Positions 25,816-38,895 of a DNA stretch of 64,000 nt are shown piece after piece. Source of the stretch: Camelus dromedarius (lineage: Eukaryota). The notes below the pieces were generated by a model, which saw nothing but the letters and a program-made list of their open reading frames with translations, was not told the DNA's origin and searched no databases. Both the position numbers and the translations under genes were made by a program. Every line of letters starts with the position of its first letter. Within the stretch, counting starts at the first letter, position 1. The stretch lies in NCBI RefSeq assembly GCF_036321535.1, contig NC_087436.1, forward strand, positions 10,726,001 to 10,790,000, written 5' to 3'.

Positions 25816-27426
25816 AACAAAAATTTTTAAATGGTATTAAACAGTATAAAAATTCTAAACAAGCCATTATGTTGCCCTCATAAAATCCTTTAAAAACTAC
25901 ATTTAGCTACCCAGGATGGGTGTTAAAAATGGGCTTAAAAATATATATATATATCAGATAAAATCCTACTCTGAGGCTTATTTCTGTTTGGTTTAGCTTT
26001 ACATTGTATTAGCATACAAAATTAGTTTTGACTAAGGCTCTAATGCTGATACTTGGCATAAACATATGGCACACATACGGCATTTGGGTGAATGCTTATT
26101 TTTTTTTTTTACTGAATTTAGTTTTTATTTAAATGACAAAACTATTGCAATTAGTATATTCAGTAACTTCAACAAGAAAATGTCTTTCCAAGGTTAATGA
26201 GTCTCTTAGTTCTGCACACAACAAAAGGTCTTATCTAATGTTACCATGTTTCAGCACAACAGGTTTTATAATAGAATCATCTACACTTCGAAATAACATT
26301 CAGTCCATAGAGACAGACAAGAGGATTGTTGAAAAGCAATATATTTCAACAATGAAATTTCCTGCCAGTTTGCCTGTCATCTGAGACTCAGTCACTTATT
26401 TTTTAGGAAGCATATACACTGAAATTCCTTTTATATAGCAGGATATAGTAGAACTAGTAACAAAAAAAAAAAAACCACTCCAGGCCACTATGTAAATATC
26501 CTGGCAACAGTCTGTTATTTCAGTTGAGAGCTTAATAGGACAAATGCTGATTTCTGGTTTCAATAATCTTTGAAAACATGGGGCAGTCCTGAAGCCCCAC
26601 GGCTGTTCAGGATCTCCCGGAGAACAGGAAAATCACCTCCATCAACCGTCGTACCTCAGTCTATGGCCCTCCCTTTAAAAACCGGTCATCCTAAGAGAAC
26701 TGGTCTCACTGTAGGCCATGTTCTACGTGACTCAGTTGTGTGCGATTCTGAGAACAGAAACTTGGCTTCTAAGTGCCTTCCAACAAGTGACATTCGAGCA
26801 GTGATCACCCTGTGGGCCAGTCCATGTCCTGGGCACTTGTTTGGAAGGGAGTTTTCCCCATATCTGCCCCTTCAGTGGTCCCCTCCTCTTCCAAGAGGAA
26901 ACAGTACAATTGGAGAAGAGAAAGCGCACTCCCACTTCTAATTAAAAACTATGACTGGCTCAGATCTGTGTCTGTGCACACTTTCTCAGCAGGGGGAGCC
27001 TACCTGAGTAAAGGGCAAAGGCAGAGCTGAGCTCCTGGGGGACTCTCAGGTTTTAGTTCAATTAAAGATCTCAGAGAAGCTCATTTGTATCTCCTCCCAT
27101 TTAATTTGTTAGGTGTTACTGGTTTCTCTATAATATAAGGGATAGTTCCAGTACGTAACCTGTGGACAGGAACTGGTAGGCATGTGGCTTAATCTCTACT
27201 AGCAAGGGGGGGTGTATCTAAAGCTTTCTCACAGATACAGAGTGTGTAAGTTGTGTCAAGCTGCTTCCATGTTTGTAAATCAATATGCATGTTTTCATTA
27301 AAAATAATGACTTGAAAATAAAGATGACAAACCAAAAATCAATCAAATCAAATCATATGACTTGAGATGGTTTCAAATCGCCTTAAACTGTGACTGAAGC
27401 AATCCTCATCTGGGTGCAAACCCATG

Positions 27427-27991
27427 TTATTGTGAAATCTTGCTCAGGCTCTGTCTGTTGGGGTGTGGAGGGGAGATGGTCACCACGGGGCCTGGCATTT
27501 CCACACCCGAGCAGAGGGCTTCGGCAGTTTTATTCCAGGACACCCGCAGTGCTGCTATGGGGTGGAAACAGATTTGCTTCTGGAGGAGGGTAATCAAGGC
27601 TCTCCGTTTCTCCAGGGGATATTGCAGGTGATACAGAATGTGTGTATCCTGGTCCAAGGGCAGGTGGGTTTCCTGCCCAGGGTGTGGCTGCTGCCTCTCC
27701 CTGAAGTGCAGGACCAGCAGGTTGGGTAGCGGTCCCCTGAGGAGTCAGGGATGCCCTGAGCTCCTCGCTGTGACATAGACCATCTACCGGCCACCTCCCC
27801 ACCTGCTCATCTGTATCAGGAACTGACAGGAACATGAAGTTCATGCCACCTGCTGCGCTGGGAGGGGTAAGCCCCCTGCTCACCGGGGCTGTTGTCGCCT
27901 CCCTGGTTACACCAACGGGAGCCCGGCAGCCCGGCAGCTGCAGCAGTGCTGACATCAGAGCCTGCTGGGTGCCTGACAGTACCAGTCTCAA
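27427..27991 (-). pseudogene. GC-rich coding-like segment, candidate decayed retrocopy or exon of unknown parent gene
   Basis: Sharp GC/CpG-rich island in AT-rich DNA. Overlapping minus-strand frames have mostly G/C-ending codons (MNFMFLSVPDTDEQVGRW...; LPNLLVLHFRERQQPHPGQETHLPLDQDTHILYHLQYPLEKRRALITLLQKQICFHP). Parent not recognised; no poly(A) or TSD found. Confidence 0.35.
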
Positions 27992-30900
27992 CTGTAGGCG
28001 AATCAGAAGACATTAATACAATGTTGAGCAATAAGAATAAAGCAGTCTTTGAAAATTACTAGTCACAACTGTTTCATCTAATGATAGGAATTATATTGAT
28101 TATAATCATTTTCACCAAGGAACATACATCCACCCTTCTCGACGGCTGAGAGCTCGTACCACATGTCAGTTGCCCCATCTTTTTTTTTAATTCCACAAAT
28201 TAGAAAATCAAAGCTCCTAACATAAATTACTCTAAGTGGTAATCATTGGCGGCATTCTAAAGCCCTTCAGAATGCTCAGATTGAGTTTGGATTCCGAACT
28301 TATGAGTGTGTCTTCATTAAGGGCCATTTCCAGCACTCCTTCTGATGCCAAGTCGGTGAGCAAGCCACACTCAAACTTGGAAGGCTGAGGGTTTTATTTT
28401 AGGAGAAAGGGCAGTGTATGGAATTCAGATTTGATGTTTGAGTGCTCACAGCCCTGGAGATTATTTCCCCTGCTTCTGCTGCCTGTCTGGGTGGTTCCTA
28501 CATATGTCCAAACATATATAAAAATACTTTCTCAAAGGAAGAATTTTTAGAAAGAGTTCAAGAGAGTGTTAACTTCTTGATTACTGAGTTTCTTCTTCAT
28601 ATGGAATCTGGCTATCAACCCCACATGATAAAAAATCTTTCTCATTCAGTCTTAAAGCAATAGGTTTAAGCTTTTAAGGGCTTGGGATATATCACCAAGG
28701 TAGTTATTTTGAAATCATAGAAATTCTCTTTGCTTGTGTGTTTAGTATCAAGAAGCAACTGTTGTTGTTGTTGGGTTTTTTTGGTTTTGGTTGGTTGGTT
28801 TGTTTGTTTCCTTTCAAACATCTGAGAAATTGTCTTTACCCTCAGTGGTCAGCTGACCTCAGAGCAGACAAGCAAATTTACATAGTTATGTTAGCATTAC
28901 TGAAAAGGACAACATTTGATGGTAATGACTGCATTATAATAATAATTTTCACTACTTCCTTCAATATGCAATATGATCAAAATTCTGTGCAAAATCCTTT
29001 CAAAGTAAATATGTCCTTTCTTAAGCCCCATACAGGCAGGGCTGAATCACCACTAAACATTTCGCTCTCATACTTGGGACACCTCCCAAGAGCTGATTCA
29101 TAATCTGCACATCAATCGATAAATCCACTATAAAATCAAGTGTCTGTTAGAATGCAAATTAAAAATTACTTTTCTATGATGTATACAATTAATACAGTGT
29201 GGCACTGAGCAGTGTCATTTAACAAAAAACTTTTGCCAATAGCTTGTTCCACTTTTCCTCTGATTATAATATTTCAAATTACCTTTGCAATTGTTTCTAC
29301 AAATTTCTTGGAAATAGTGCTCTTTGTTTGTATTTTTGCTTTGAAAAGTGCAATTCTGAACAATGATTCTGGGGTTTGTCCCTTCTCTACTTACCATTGC
29401 AGAATTAATCAAATTTATACTAGAAATGTGATTCTGTAAATGTTCTGAAAAGCATTTGGTAAAGTTTTATGATAGAATACGTTAGAGACGAGGCAAATGG
29501 ATTATTGTAAACCAATACAGCCCAACTTTTGGTAGCAGTAATTGTACTTCCTATATGCCCCATATTTAAATGGGCTTCTTTGAAATAACTATGACACACT
29601 CACTGATCGATACATTTTCACATTTTGTATTTTTCCTTAAATCACATCGTGGACAATCTCTTGAATGTTCTCCGGGGGCAGATGTGTCTACTCATTACTT
29701 CATCATCGGCGCTAGAATAGTCATCATCACGTAATAAACATTCAATAAATATTTGGTCCAATGAATAAATTCTGTCATGAATCTTCAAGTCAACTAGAAC
29801 CCTCTTAGGAGAGTGATAACATTCAGGCCAGTAGTCCAGTTCCTCAGATAATCCCAAACTGAGAGCCTTACAGTAAACAAGCTGTCTGTAAGAAGAAACT
29901 AGCTCCTGGAGACATACTCCAAGGAATTTGATTTCTGGGGTTAAGAGTTATTAATCAGTGCCTTTAGAGGTCTGAAGATTTCAGTGTGCACTAGACCAAA
30001 ACCCATTTTAAAGATCCTGGTGATACAGTGATTCACAAGGATGAGCTGTCTCTTTCAAAAATAGGTGACATCAAACAGAATCATCAACAACATAAAAAAA
30101 AAATCAGGAAACTGAGGTCAAGCCATAATGAGGATTAGCAAATGCTCCAAGGGCATTATAGCGAGTCATAAATTGTTTGTCCTCATGACTGTATTACACA
30201 CACGTTCCACTTCTTTGTGAGAAGAGAAAAGGGTTTTAAGAAATATTCATTTTAGTTTCAATTTTGTAGGTCTTTCTTTTTCTTTTAGCAGTTTCTGCCC
30301 ATGTTGCCAACAAAGTATTAAACTTTAATGCCACAGCAGTATTCTAACTTCTAAAATTACTTTCAGAAACAGATTAAGGGCACTGCAGGCGGAAAGTGCA
30401 TTATGACTTCACTGGGAGCGTAATGGGACAACTACCACGATGGACAGACAAATCTGGCTAAAGGAAAACATCACCTTTCACTTTTCTTAGTATCATAGTA
30501 TGAAATAAAACATAATTAAATAAAAACAACATTTTCATTTTAATTTTTAATTACCTGGTGTCTGTCAAATCTTGCAGTTAATTAACTTTTCACACGTACC
30601 ATCTACATCTCTTAATTATATGCTGTCATTCCACAATAAAATTTAGCAACAAATTTTTGACTGATTATCGAAACGTTAAGGCCGTGTTCCATGAGCTAAC
30701 TGGGTTTTCATAAGAAGGGAGAAAAGCATGATTTTAATCATTTGATATCAAATAATAAAATTCAAAATTGTAATAGTTTATAAATTCTAAAATAATGTTA
30801 TACAAAAGTCTAATGCACCAATATCTACACCTGAAAACTCTGCTGACTGTGAAAAGAAAATGTGTTTTCCTTATAGCGCTCCATTAAATCTAGGCTGGTG

Positions 30901-33777
30901 ATGACATGATTTGTTTTTTACTAATCTTTCTAATCACAACTCCACCAATATCTAGCCAATGGTCCTTCATGGAACATGCATACTGAATGAACAAAAGGAC
31001 AGTGTTTTTCCAAATATAATTTCAAGTGTCAAATCTCAGATTTCTTATGGTTCTATAATGAAAATCATGAAGAATTCAAAAAGCGAAATGGACTTTTTAT
31101 ATTAATGTTTTCATGGAAATATGACATATTTGGACATTCAAAATATTTTAACCAGACTTACAAGGTAAAATAGAGTGAACTAAATCAAGCCCATATCTCA
31201 AAATCTCCAAAATCTTTTTATCCGAATCATTCCCATGACAAATAGAAACAGAAAGTGACTTTCCCATCATGAAGCACAAGGGACCCTGGATGACCATGTG
31301 CGTCCTCATCCTGTGTCCTCAACCCTCTGGCCTGTGCCCAGGATCTAGAATTCAAGTGCTCATGGCCTCACTTTTATCATTTAAAAACAGAGAACTTCAG
31401 AACGCAAATGGACCTGACAGACCATCTAGACCAGCAGTAAAGTTGAACACAGACCAAGTGGTACTTCAAACATTAAGAGTCTTAATGGGTTTTGAATTAA
31501 TCAAACCGTGTAAATCATTTTTTGAGCTGTACTGAAATTCTGTAGACTTATTCTTACACATGGTGTAACTTCTGTGAATTATTAGGCATTCTAGAAATCT
31601 GATATTAATAATTAAAATTGGCTAATGACTAGAATTTACTGAGGTCTCCAATAGCAACAAAAACATCAGTCAATGCTGTAAATTCAGCTAGAATATACTT
31701 GTAATGCTGCAATTTCCCAGCAATCAATACATTGATAAACACCTTGACTGATAAAGGTATCACTGATGATGCCCTGAGTTAGATCACAGGGTTTAATTGC
31801 TATTTATTATTACTATTGATTACTGCTATCCATTATTACTCTCTGAGAATATCTCTTCTCCACGCTTTTTTTGCTAACATAGATAAAGATGCATAATGTC
31901 TCCAAGGATGCTTCATTGGTTCTATACAATGACTTTGCATCATTTAAATAATTTGCAACATATTATTAAGATAAAAAGTATACTGGGTTTGCTTAGGTTT
32001 CTGAATCATTGTCTTAAAATACAAAATCAGGTATAAAGCACAATATTCTTTCCCCTCCAAAACACATACAATTTGCTTTAGCAATAAATTCATTGTAATT
32101 CATTTTATCTTTCTAGCAACATTTTCATTGTAATTTTTTTTCTTTCCACTTTTTCCTTTAATCACAGAGTTTTTTTCACTTGAAAACAAGAGCAATAATT
32201 ATTAATTGAGTTGGACTGTCTTTTTCTCTACAGAAAAGAATTTAAGAAAAGAAGGGGAAAAAACAGAATGAGTGAGAGGAAAAGGATACTGGATAGATAA
32301 ATGTTCTAGAAAGCTGCTATCTTAGTTGATATTCACCTGCCTGATGTGTGAAGGAATTGACAGGCAACATGAGTCAAGCAGAAAAATTATTCTAGCATAA
32401 AATCTGTCTTGTAAGAACCTATGTGTGACTGGAGATGAAAAGAAATGGTACCTGGTGCCCACGATGGTAACTTGGAATGAACAGGAAACGTCTCTCTATC
32501 CTACTATCAGAGTCACTGTTCCCAAGTACTCACTGAGACTTGAAACTAGATGATTCATCTTTGAATCTATGCACTAGAGGAAAAGTCACCTGAGTATATG
32601 CAGAACAGACAATAAATCACACAGTGAACAGAAAAACACATATTTTTGGTGACATGGCCTCTCAAATTAAAGAATAAGTAAGATGCCAAAATCATCCTCT
32701 AAAAAGCTAAATATGTCCTTTATTGGTGTTTCCAAAAAGCCTTACAGCATTGGCTGTCTTTAGGTGGAAAAGCTTTCAAAAAGCTCGCAAATAAAGAACA
32801 TGATTTATAACTGGTAATTAAAGTGTTATAAAATATCATGGATCCTCCATTTCTCACTCATAATGTGATCTCAGTTTTATTTGTTCCATCAAAGTGTAAC
32901 TAAAATCAAACCATTTAACCAATTTTCCATATGGCAAAGGATATTGGAATAAAATTAAAAGCCATATATATCAATTTAGAGAGAAATTATTTTCTCCTTT
33001 CTGAGACGTCTTTGTTTTTAGTAAGCAAAGAAAATGATGCTGGTTTTCATCAGTTTTTCCACAAAGATCTTAAGATTTTTTTCAGCAGGTACTAGGCATT
33101 GGTACGATATTCACAAAACATGCCATATTAAAAAAAGAATATTTCCCTAAAACAATTTTTTCCAGATATATGGGATTTGGGAAAAATATTCAGGAAGAAG
33201 ATAAGTTAATTCAATGGTCCATTGAGAAGAGTTAGAAAGCATTAGGAATTTGTGTCTGAGCCATAATTCCACTGGGAAATAGCTCCAAAGCCTTGGATAA
33301 ATGATGGGATGTATTTTTTTTTTCATCTCGTTTTTCAGTCAGTGAATTAAGAACAGAAGTATTATTTCATCCCATCCTATAATACATACCATAACCAAGA
33401 AGGAGAGACACAGAACTAAATGGTTAAAAGAAGCTATCCTAGATGCCTGCAGTAAAATTTTTATAAATTTTAACAATCATATTCAGATTACTGATTTACA
33501 AGTGCTTCCAGTGATCATATGCGCCAAATCCTATAACACATATACAGCAAAAGAATATTGAGATAAACTAATGAGTTCAAGCAAACTGTTTCAAAATTTG
33601 CCTTGTTGGCTTCCCAAATATTTCCATCCTGTGTGTCCTGACTGTTGTTTACTGGGTTTCAGGAATTCCACATTCTCTTATACACAACTATCCGATAAAA
33701 GTCTGACTGATACTGAACTTCATCCTCTTGCTTTGCTGCTCACAAATCCATCTACAATACTAACACCAAAATGTCCA

Positions 33778-34258
33778 GATGAATAGATTAAAAATTTGTG
33801 GTATATCTATATACAACGGAATATTACTCAGCCATAAAAAAGAGTGAAATAATGCCATCTGCAGCAACACAGATGGACCTAGAGATTATCATATTAAGTG
33901 AAGTTAGACAGACAAGTGTTATACGGTATCACTTACATCTGGAATCTTGAAAAATGATACAAATGAACTTATCTAGAAAATAGAAAAAGACACAGACATA
34001 GAAAACAAACTTATGGTGACCAAAGAGGATGGGGGGGATGGATAAATTAGGAGTTTGGGATTAACAGATACACATCACTATATATAAAATAGATAAACAA
34101 CAAGGTCCTACCGTATAGCACAGGGAACTCTATTCAGTATTTTGTAATAAAATATAATGAAAAGAATCTAAAAATATATGTATGTATATAACTGAATCAC
34201 TATGCTGTACACCAGAAACACAACACTGTAAATCAACTATACTTCCAATAAAAAAATA
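33778..34258 (+). mobile_element. 5'-truncated L1 3' end
   Basis: GGAATATTACTCAGCCATAAAAAAGAGTGAAATAATGCCAT...ATCAACTATACTTCCAATAAAAAA. Confidence 0.92.
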
Positions 34259-35149
34259 ATGTACAGCTATAACCATGTTATTCCCTTAAAATGTCAGCAG
34301 CTTCCCCACATCTTCCCAGTCATCTTGTTGTGACACACATGGTCCTTGGTACCCTGGAGCATGTGTAGGTGTTCAGCCTCCCCTACATCACACGGGACCC
34401 CAAGCTGTGTGCTCCACAGTAACAAGCTGCTGAAAGCAGCCTCAGAAGCACTCTACTTTTGCATCTGTTTGCCTTTTCCCTGTGCTTTTCCCCCGGGGCC
34501 TCCCTGCAATCCCCAGTTGATTTTGGTCAACTTTTCCTTTAAGAACCAGTTAAGATATCACTTCTACCCGGGCCTTCCTAGGTGATTCTGCTTTCCAAGA
34601 AGAGCCCCTTCTCTGTGTGTGCAAACATGGTCCACACATCTGTACCCTGCAATGACCACATTTCAGTGTGCTACAGAGCTGGTCATGCCTCTGCAATGAC
34701 TTATCCATCTGACTAGTTTTGTTTCCTAGTGCCTATGGTTATTATTTTTTGACTAGGTGTCTATAAAATAACACTGTTAACATTAAACAGTCATCTTGAG
34801 ATGTTTTCCAAGAGAAGTCTCAAGGATGGTGTCATCCTAATATGATGAAAATAACTAAGAAATAAAGGCACTTTTCCTCTCCTGGCTCTTTTGGGTCAGA
34901 CTCTCAGTTACTTGCCATTTTCTAAATTTATCTTGAACCTGTCTTTTGTGCATGGACCTCTTCCCTAACTAGCTTAGTCCTATTTATCTTTCAAGGTACA
35001 GGTCTATAAAATATTTCTTTGTTTGTGTCTCTTTTTACTACCAAGTCCTCAAGGTCTCTTGTCAGACACAAATATATTTAGTAAAAGTTTGTAAATTAAA
35101 TTTCCCCCACAATTACCTTTCTACAAAAGTGGTATATTTCTCCCATGAT

Positions 35150-36080
35150 TCATCCCACAAAAAAAATTGAACGTCTTCTATAACCCCAGCACTGAGCTAA
35201 GAACAGTAAATAATCTAGAAAGATCTCCACTTTCATGGTTCTTTTGTATCTCAGTAAGAGTAAACAGAAAGTAAGTCAGCAACCAAAATAGTAAGTGCTA
35301 GGAAGTGAAGAAGACAGAATGATGTTATAGGGAGCAATGGGAGGTTTGTGCAGACGGATGGCTGGAGATCTTCTCATAAAGGTGAAGATGGAACTAAGAC
35401 CCGTGAGCGTGTGAGGCAGGGATCAGAGAGCCCCAGGAGAGTGAAGAGCCTGTGAAACACACGAGGAAGCGAGAGATGGGATTTTACGAGGACAGAAAGA
35501 AAAGCCAGCTCAGCCTGACTCAAGACTGAGCCACAGGAAAGAGTGGTGGGAGGAGACAGGGATTCTGGAACTCATCCTGACCTTGTGAATCACAAAAAGC
35601 CATCTGGGTTTTATCTGAGAAGGACAGGAAGATACTGAAGTCTTCTTAGCATGAAATCTGATTTATGTTTTAAAAGACTGGATTTTTAGCAGGACAACAG
35701 TTGAGAGACTACTGTAGTAGTACAATCAAGACGTGGAAAAGGGAGGGAGGGGATAGCTCAGGGGTGGTGTGTGTGCTTAAAATGCACGAGGTCCTGCGTT
35801 CGATCCCTAGTTCCTCCATTAAAATAAACAAATAAACCTAATTACTTCTCCCCAATAAACAAATAAATAGATGGATGAATGAATGACTTGGAAAAGGGGA
35901 ATAGTGGTGAATTAGAGGGTAGAGTCAAAAGGAATTGTTAATGGATTGCATGTGAGCCAGAAGGGAAATAGAATTAAGAACAGCATCTTGATTCTTGGTT
36001 GGAGCAACTGGAAGGATAGTGGTGTCATCTCAGTCGGGAAGGGTGGGGAAGGAACAAATTTGGGGGCAGAAATTCATAAT
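35150..36080 (-). mobile_element. L2 remnant interrupted by a SINE
   Basis: Reverse L2 motifs CTGATTTATGTTTTAAAAGA, CAGTTGAGAGACTACTGTAGTAGTACAA and GAGCAACTGGAAGGATAGTGGTGTCAT. Confidence 0.72.
35744..35884 (+). mobile_element. tRNA-derived camelid SINE (Vic-1-like)
   Basis: GGGGATAGCTCAGGGG...ATGCACGAGGTCCTGCGTTCGATCCCTAG (A/B boxes) and an AATAAA-rich tail. TSD GACGTGGAAAAGGG (35730-35743) / GACTTGGAAAAGGG (35885-35898). Confidence 0.92.
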
Positions 36081-36254
36081 GTTGTTTGCGGCAAAGCCAG
36101 TTTGAATTTAATGTCCAAATTCCTTAGGATAATATAGGTTTTAACTCATTTGGTATAAATGCAGTATATAATGCAATTCTCAAAATATTAGGGGGAGGAG
36201 GAAAAAATGTAACTAAGGATTACTTTACCCCCTGAACTTGGTGCTTTAAGTTTC

Positions 36255-36835
36255 TACTCAATTGAACAAATATTTATTCAGCATTTTACAGTCAGAGGCT
36301 GTGTTATGTTTTAGGGATAGAGTGGTGAACAAAATTAAAATATTTCAGCTGTACTGGAGTTTGCAACTTGGGAGGAAGAGAAACATGCAACAAATAACGT
36401 CACGTGTTATGAGGGTCATGTAAGGAAAAGCTTCAGTATGGGAGCCTGTGTCGTGGGGAGCTGACTTGATTTGGGGTCAAGTAAGTCTGCCCAAGGAAAT
36501 GGCATTACATTTAGATGATATGAAGATGAGCTGGAGTTATCTAAGCTAATCTCCTTAAGTTATCTCTTTAAGATGGTTCAAGGAAAGTTTCAGTCAAAGG
36601 ATACAAAATCTACACCAAACCCCAAAGGTGAGAGGATGCGGAAGTTTTCATAAACTGAAAAGGTGCTATATGACTGACTCACAGAGGGTAAGGGGTATAA
36701 GTGGGCTGAAATATGGTTGCAAAAGCAGGAAAAAGTTATGAGTTATGGTCATAGGAAATAAGGATTCCTCATCCTTGAGAAGAAATAAAATCCTGAAAGC
36801 AGAAGTGTGGTATCATTTGATACACATTTTTAAAA
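36255..36835 (-). mobile_element. L2 remnant
   Basis: AACAAATATTTATTCAGCATTT...AGGGATAGAGTGGTGAACAAAA is the reverse of the L2 3' end. Confidence 0.7.
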
Positions 36836-37294
36836 GACTAGAATATATAAAAATTAATTTTCCAAAAAATTTTTTATCAGGCAAATATTTATGATCACTC
36901 CTATTATTATGTGAAAAAAAAAATCAAAGCTTAGCTTATGTAAGAAACTTGTCCAAATATTAGGGCCAGTATTTAAATCCAATTTTGTCTGATTAAAGTT
37001 TGTACTTTTTCCACAATACCTTGCTGCTCTGTATGCGGTCACCTCCTTCTGCTGTACCCACATAACAATAATCACAATTCCCAAATACTTCCAACTGTTT
37101 GCTTATGTTATTTGCAGAACATAAAAGTATTCTTCAAAATGCTTAAGACTAAGTCACATGTTTCTCCCTTTGAATTTATTTCCTTAGCCAACCTACAGTA
37201 ATTTGAATGGAACAATATTCTGAAGTAGTCGATGTCATTTCATTCTCATAGTTCACTTTGACCTATTCCTGTCCACTATTAAACCAAAGCAGCA

Positions 37295-37314
37295 ACACAC
37301 ACACACACACACAC
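37295..37314. repeat. (AC)10 microsatellite
   Basis: Read directly from the sequence. Confidence 0.95.
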
Positions 37315-37759
37315 AAACGCACACTCAGAGAACAAGGGAGTGATATGAGTTTCTGTTTTTTGTTTTTGTTTGCTCTTTCTCTTTTTCTATCTTGAAATGG
37401 ACAACAGTCATGAAAGCCCTGGATGGCAATGCCTATAATCAGGTACTTACTGGATTTTACGGGATTTTTAGCATAGTCTGCACGTTAACTTGCAGACTCA
37501 AGCAAAAAATGATCATTAACCACAGAGACAAGAGAATATAAGATAATGCAGTTATTTTTCTGAACACTCAGGAAAGAGGGAAGGATGGAAGGCAGGCAGA
37601 CAGGCAGGCAGAACTTTCTGGACTATAGAAGGGTCTGGATGATGGTTGTAAAATTTTGGTCATGTGCAGCCCTGCTTTGCTGTAGTCCCTCCTCAAGGTC
37701 AAGGGATGAGAGTGAGTTGATATAAAACTCCACAGAAACTAAAACTGGTTAGGGGGAGG

Positions 37760-38154
37760 TAAGTTGGTCAACGTTCTCCAGAGAAATGTTACCAATAAGA
37801 TTTATTTATTTTAAGGAATTGGCTCTCATGACTGGTGAATCCAAAATCCAATGGGAAGGCCCAGCAGGCTGGAGACCTGGAGAATAGCTGCAGTTTGAAT
37901 CCAAAGGCCAGCTTGCTGGCAAAATTCCTCTGTGCTGGGAGATGGGGAGGCCAGTCTTTGTTCAATTCAGGTCTTCAGCTGATTGAATGAGACCCCTGCC
38001 CCACATTGTGGAGAACAAACTGCTTTCCATGAAGTCCATCTATTTACATGTTAATTTCATCCAAAAAAATCCTCACAGATATACCCAGGATAATGTTTGA
38101 CCAAATATTTGAGCACCATGACCCAGCCAAATTGGCATAAAATTAACCATCACA
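37760..38154 (-). mobile_element. ERVL solo LTR (MLT2-like)
   Basis: GTTCTCCAGAGAAA...TTTAAGGAATTGGCTC...AAAATTAACCATCACA, the reverse complement of the MLT2 start seen at 14882. Confidence 0.88.
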
Positions 38155-38297
38155 GGGGGATTTTGAGAGCCACAGAGATTTGCCTTGCTTTCAGTCTTGA
38201 ACATTGGTGAAAAACACCCTCACTTGAGAACAGATTTGGTGGGGGATGTTGGGGAGAAAATACAAGAAAAAAAGTTGAAACTGTATATTCAGAGTGA

Positions 38298-38895
38298 ACT
38301 CTAACTCAAAAAGAAACATACACCCCAATGTTCACAGCAGCACTATTTACAATAGCCAAGATATGGAAGCAACTCCAATGTCCATCAACAGACAACTGGA
38401 TAAAGAAGCTGTGATATATTTATACAATGGAATACTACTCAGCCATAAAAAAGAATAAAATAATGCTATTTGCAGCAAGATGGATGGACCTGGAGATCAT
38501 CATTCTAAGTGAAGTAAGTCAGAAAGAGAAAGAAAAGTATGATTCATATGTCGAATCTAAAAAGAGAAAAAAAGAAGACACTAATGAACTTATTTATAAA
38601 ACAGAAACAGACTCACAGATGTAGTAAACAAACTTACGGTTAAACGGCAGGGAAGGGAGTGGAAAAGGATACACTGGGAGTTCAAGATTTCCAAATAATA
38701 ACTACCATATATAAAATAGATTAAACAAACAAGTTATTGCTGCATAGCACAAGGAACTATATCCAGTATCTTGCAGTAATCTATAATGAAAAATAACGTG
38801 AAAAGGAATATATATATGTATATGTATGAATGAAACATTATGCTGTACGCCAAAAGTTGACACATTGTAAACTGACTATACTTAAAAAAAAGGAA
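38298..38895 (+). mobile_element. 5'-truncated young L1 3' end
   Basis: CACCCCAATGTTCACAGCAGCACTATTTACAATAGCCAAG, MEYYSAIKKNKIM...WMDLEIIILSEVSQ, and ends CTGACTATACTT plus an A-tail. Confidence 0.94.

Noticed and set aside
27530..27730. Resemblance of the minus-strand peptide to the IMP4/Brix domain or Gypsy integrase
   Set aside because: Only a few scattered residues match by eye and the spacing is inconsistent, so no gene name was assigned.
35744..35820. tRNA gene (also the heads at ~11200-11277 and ~25470-25543)
   Set aside because: tRNA-like heads are followed by A-rich tails and flanked by TSDs, so these are SINEs.
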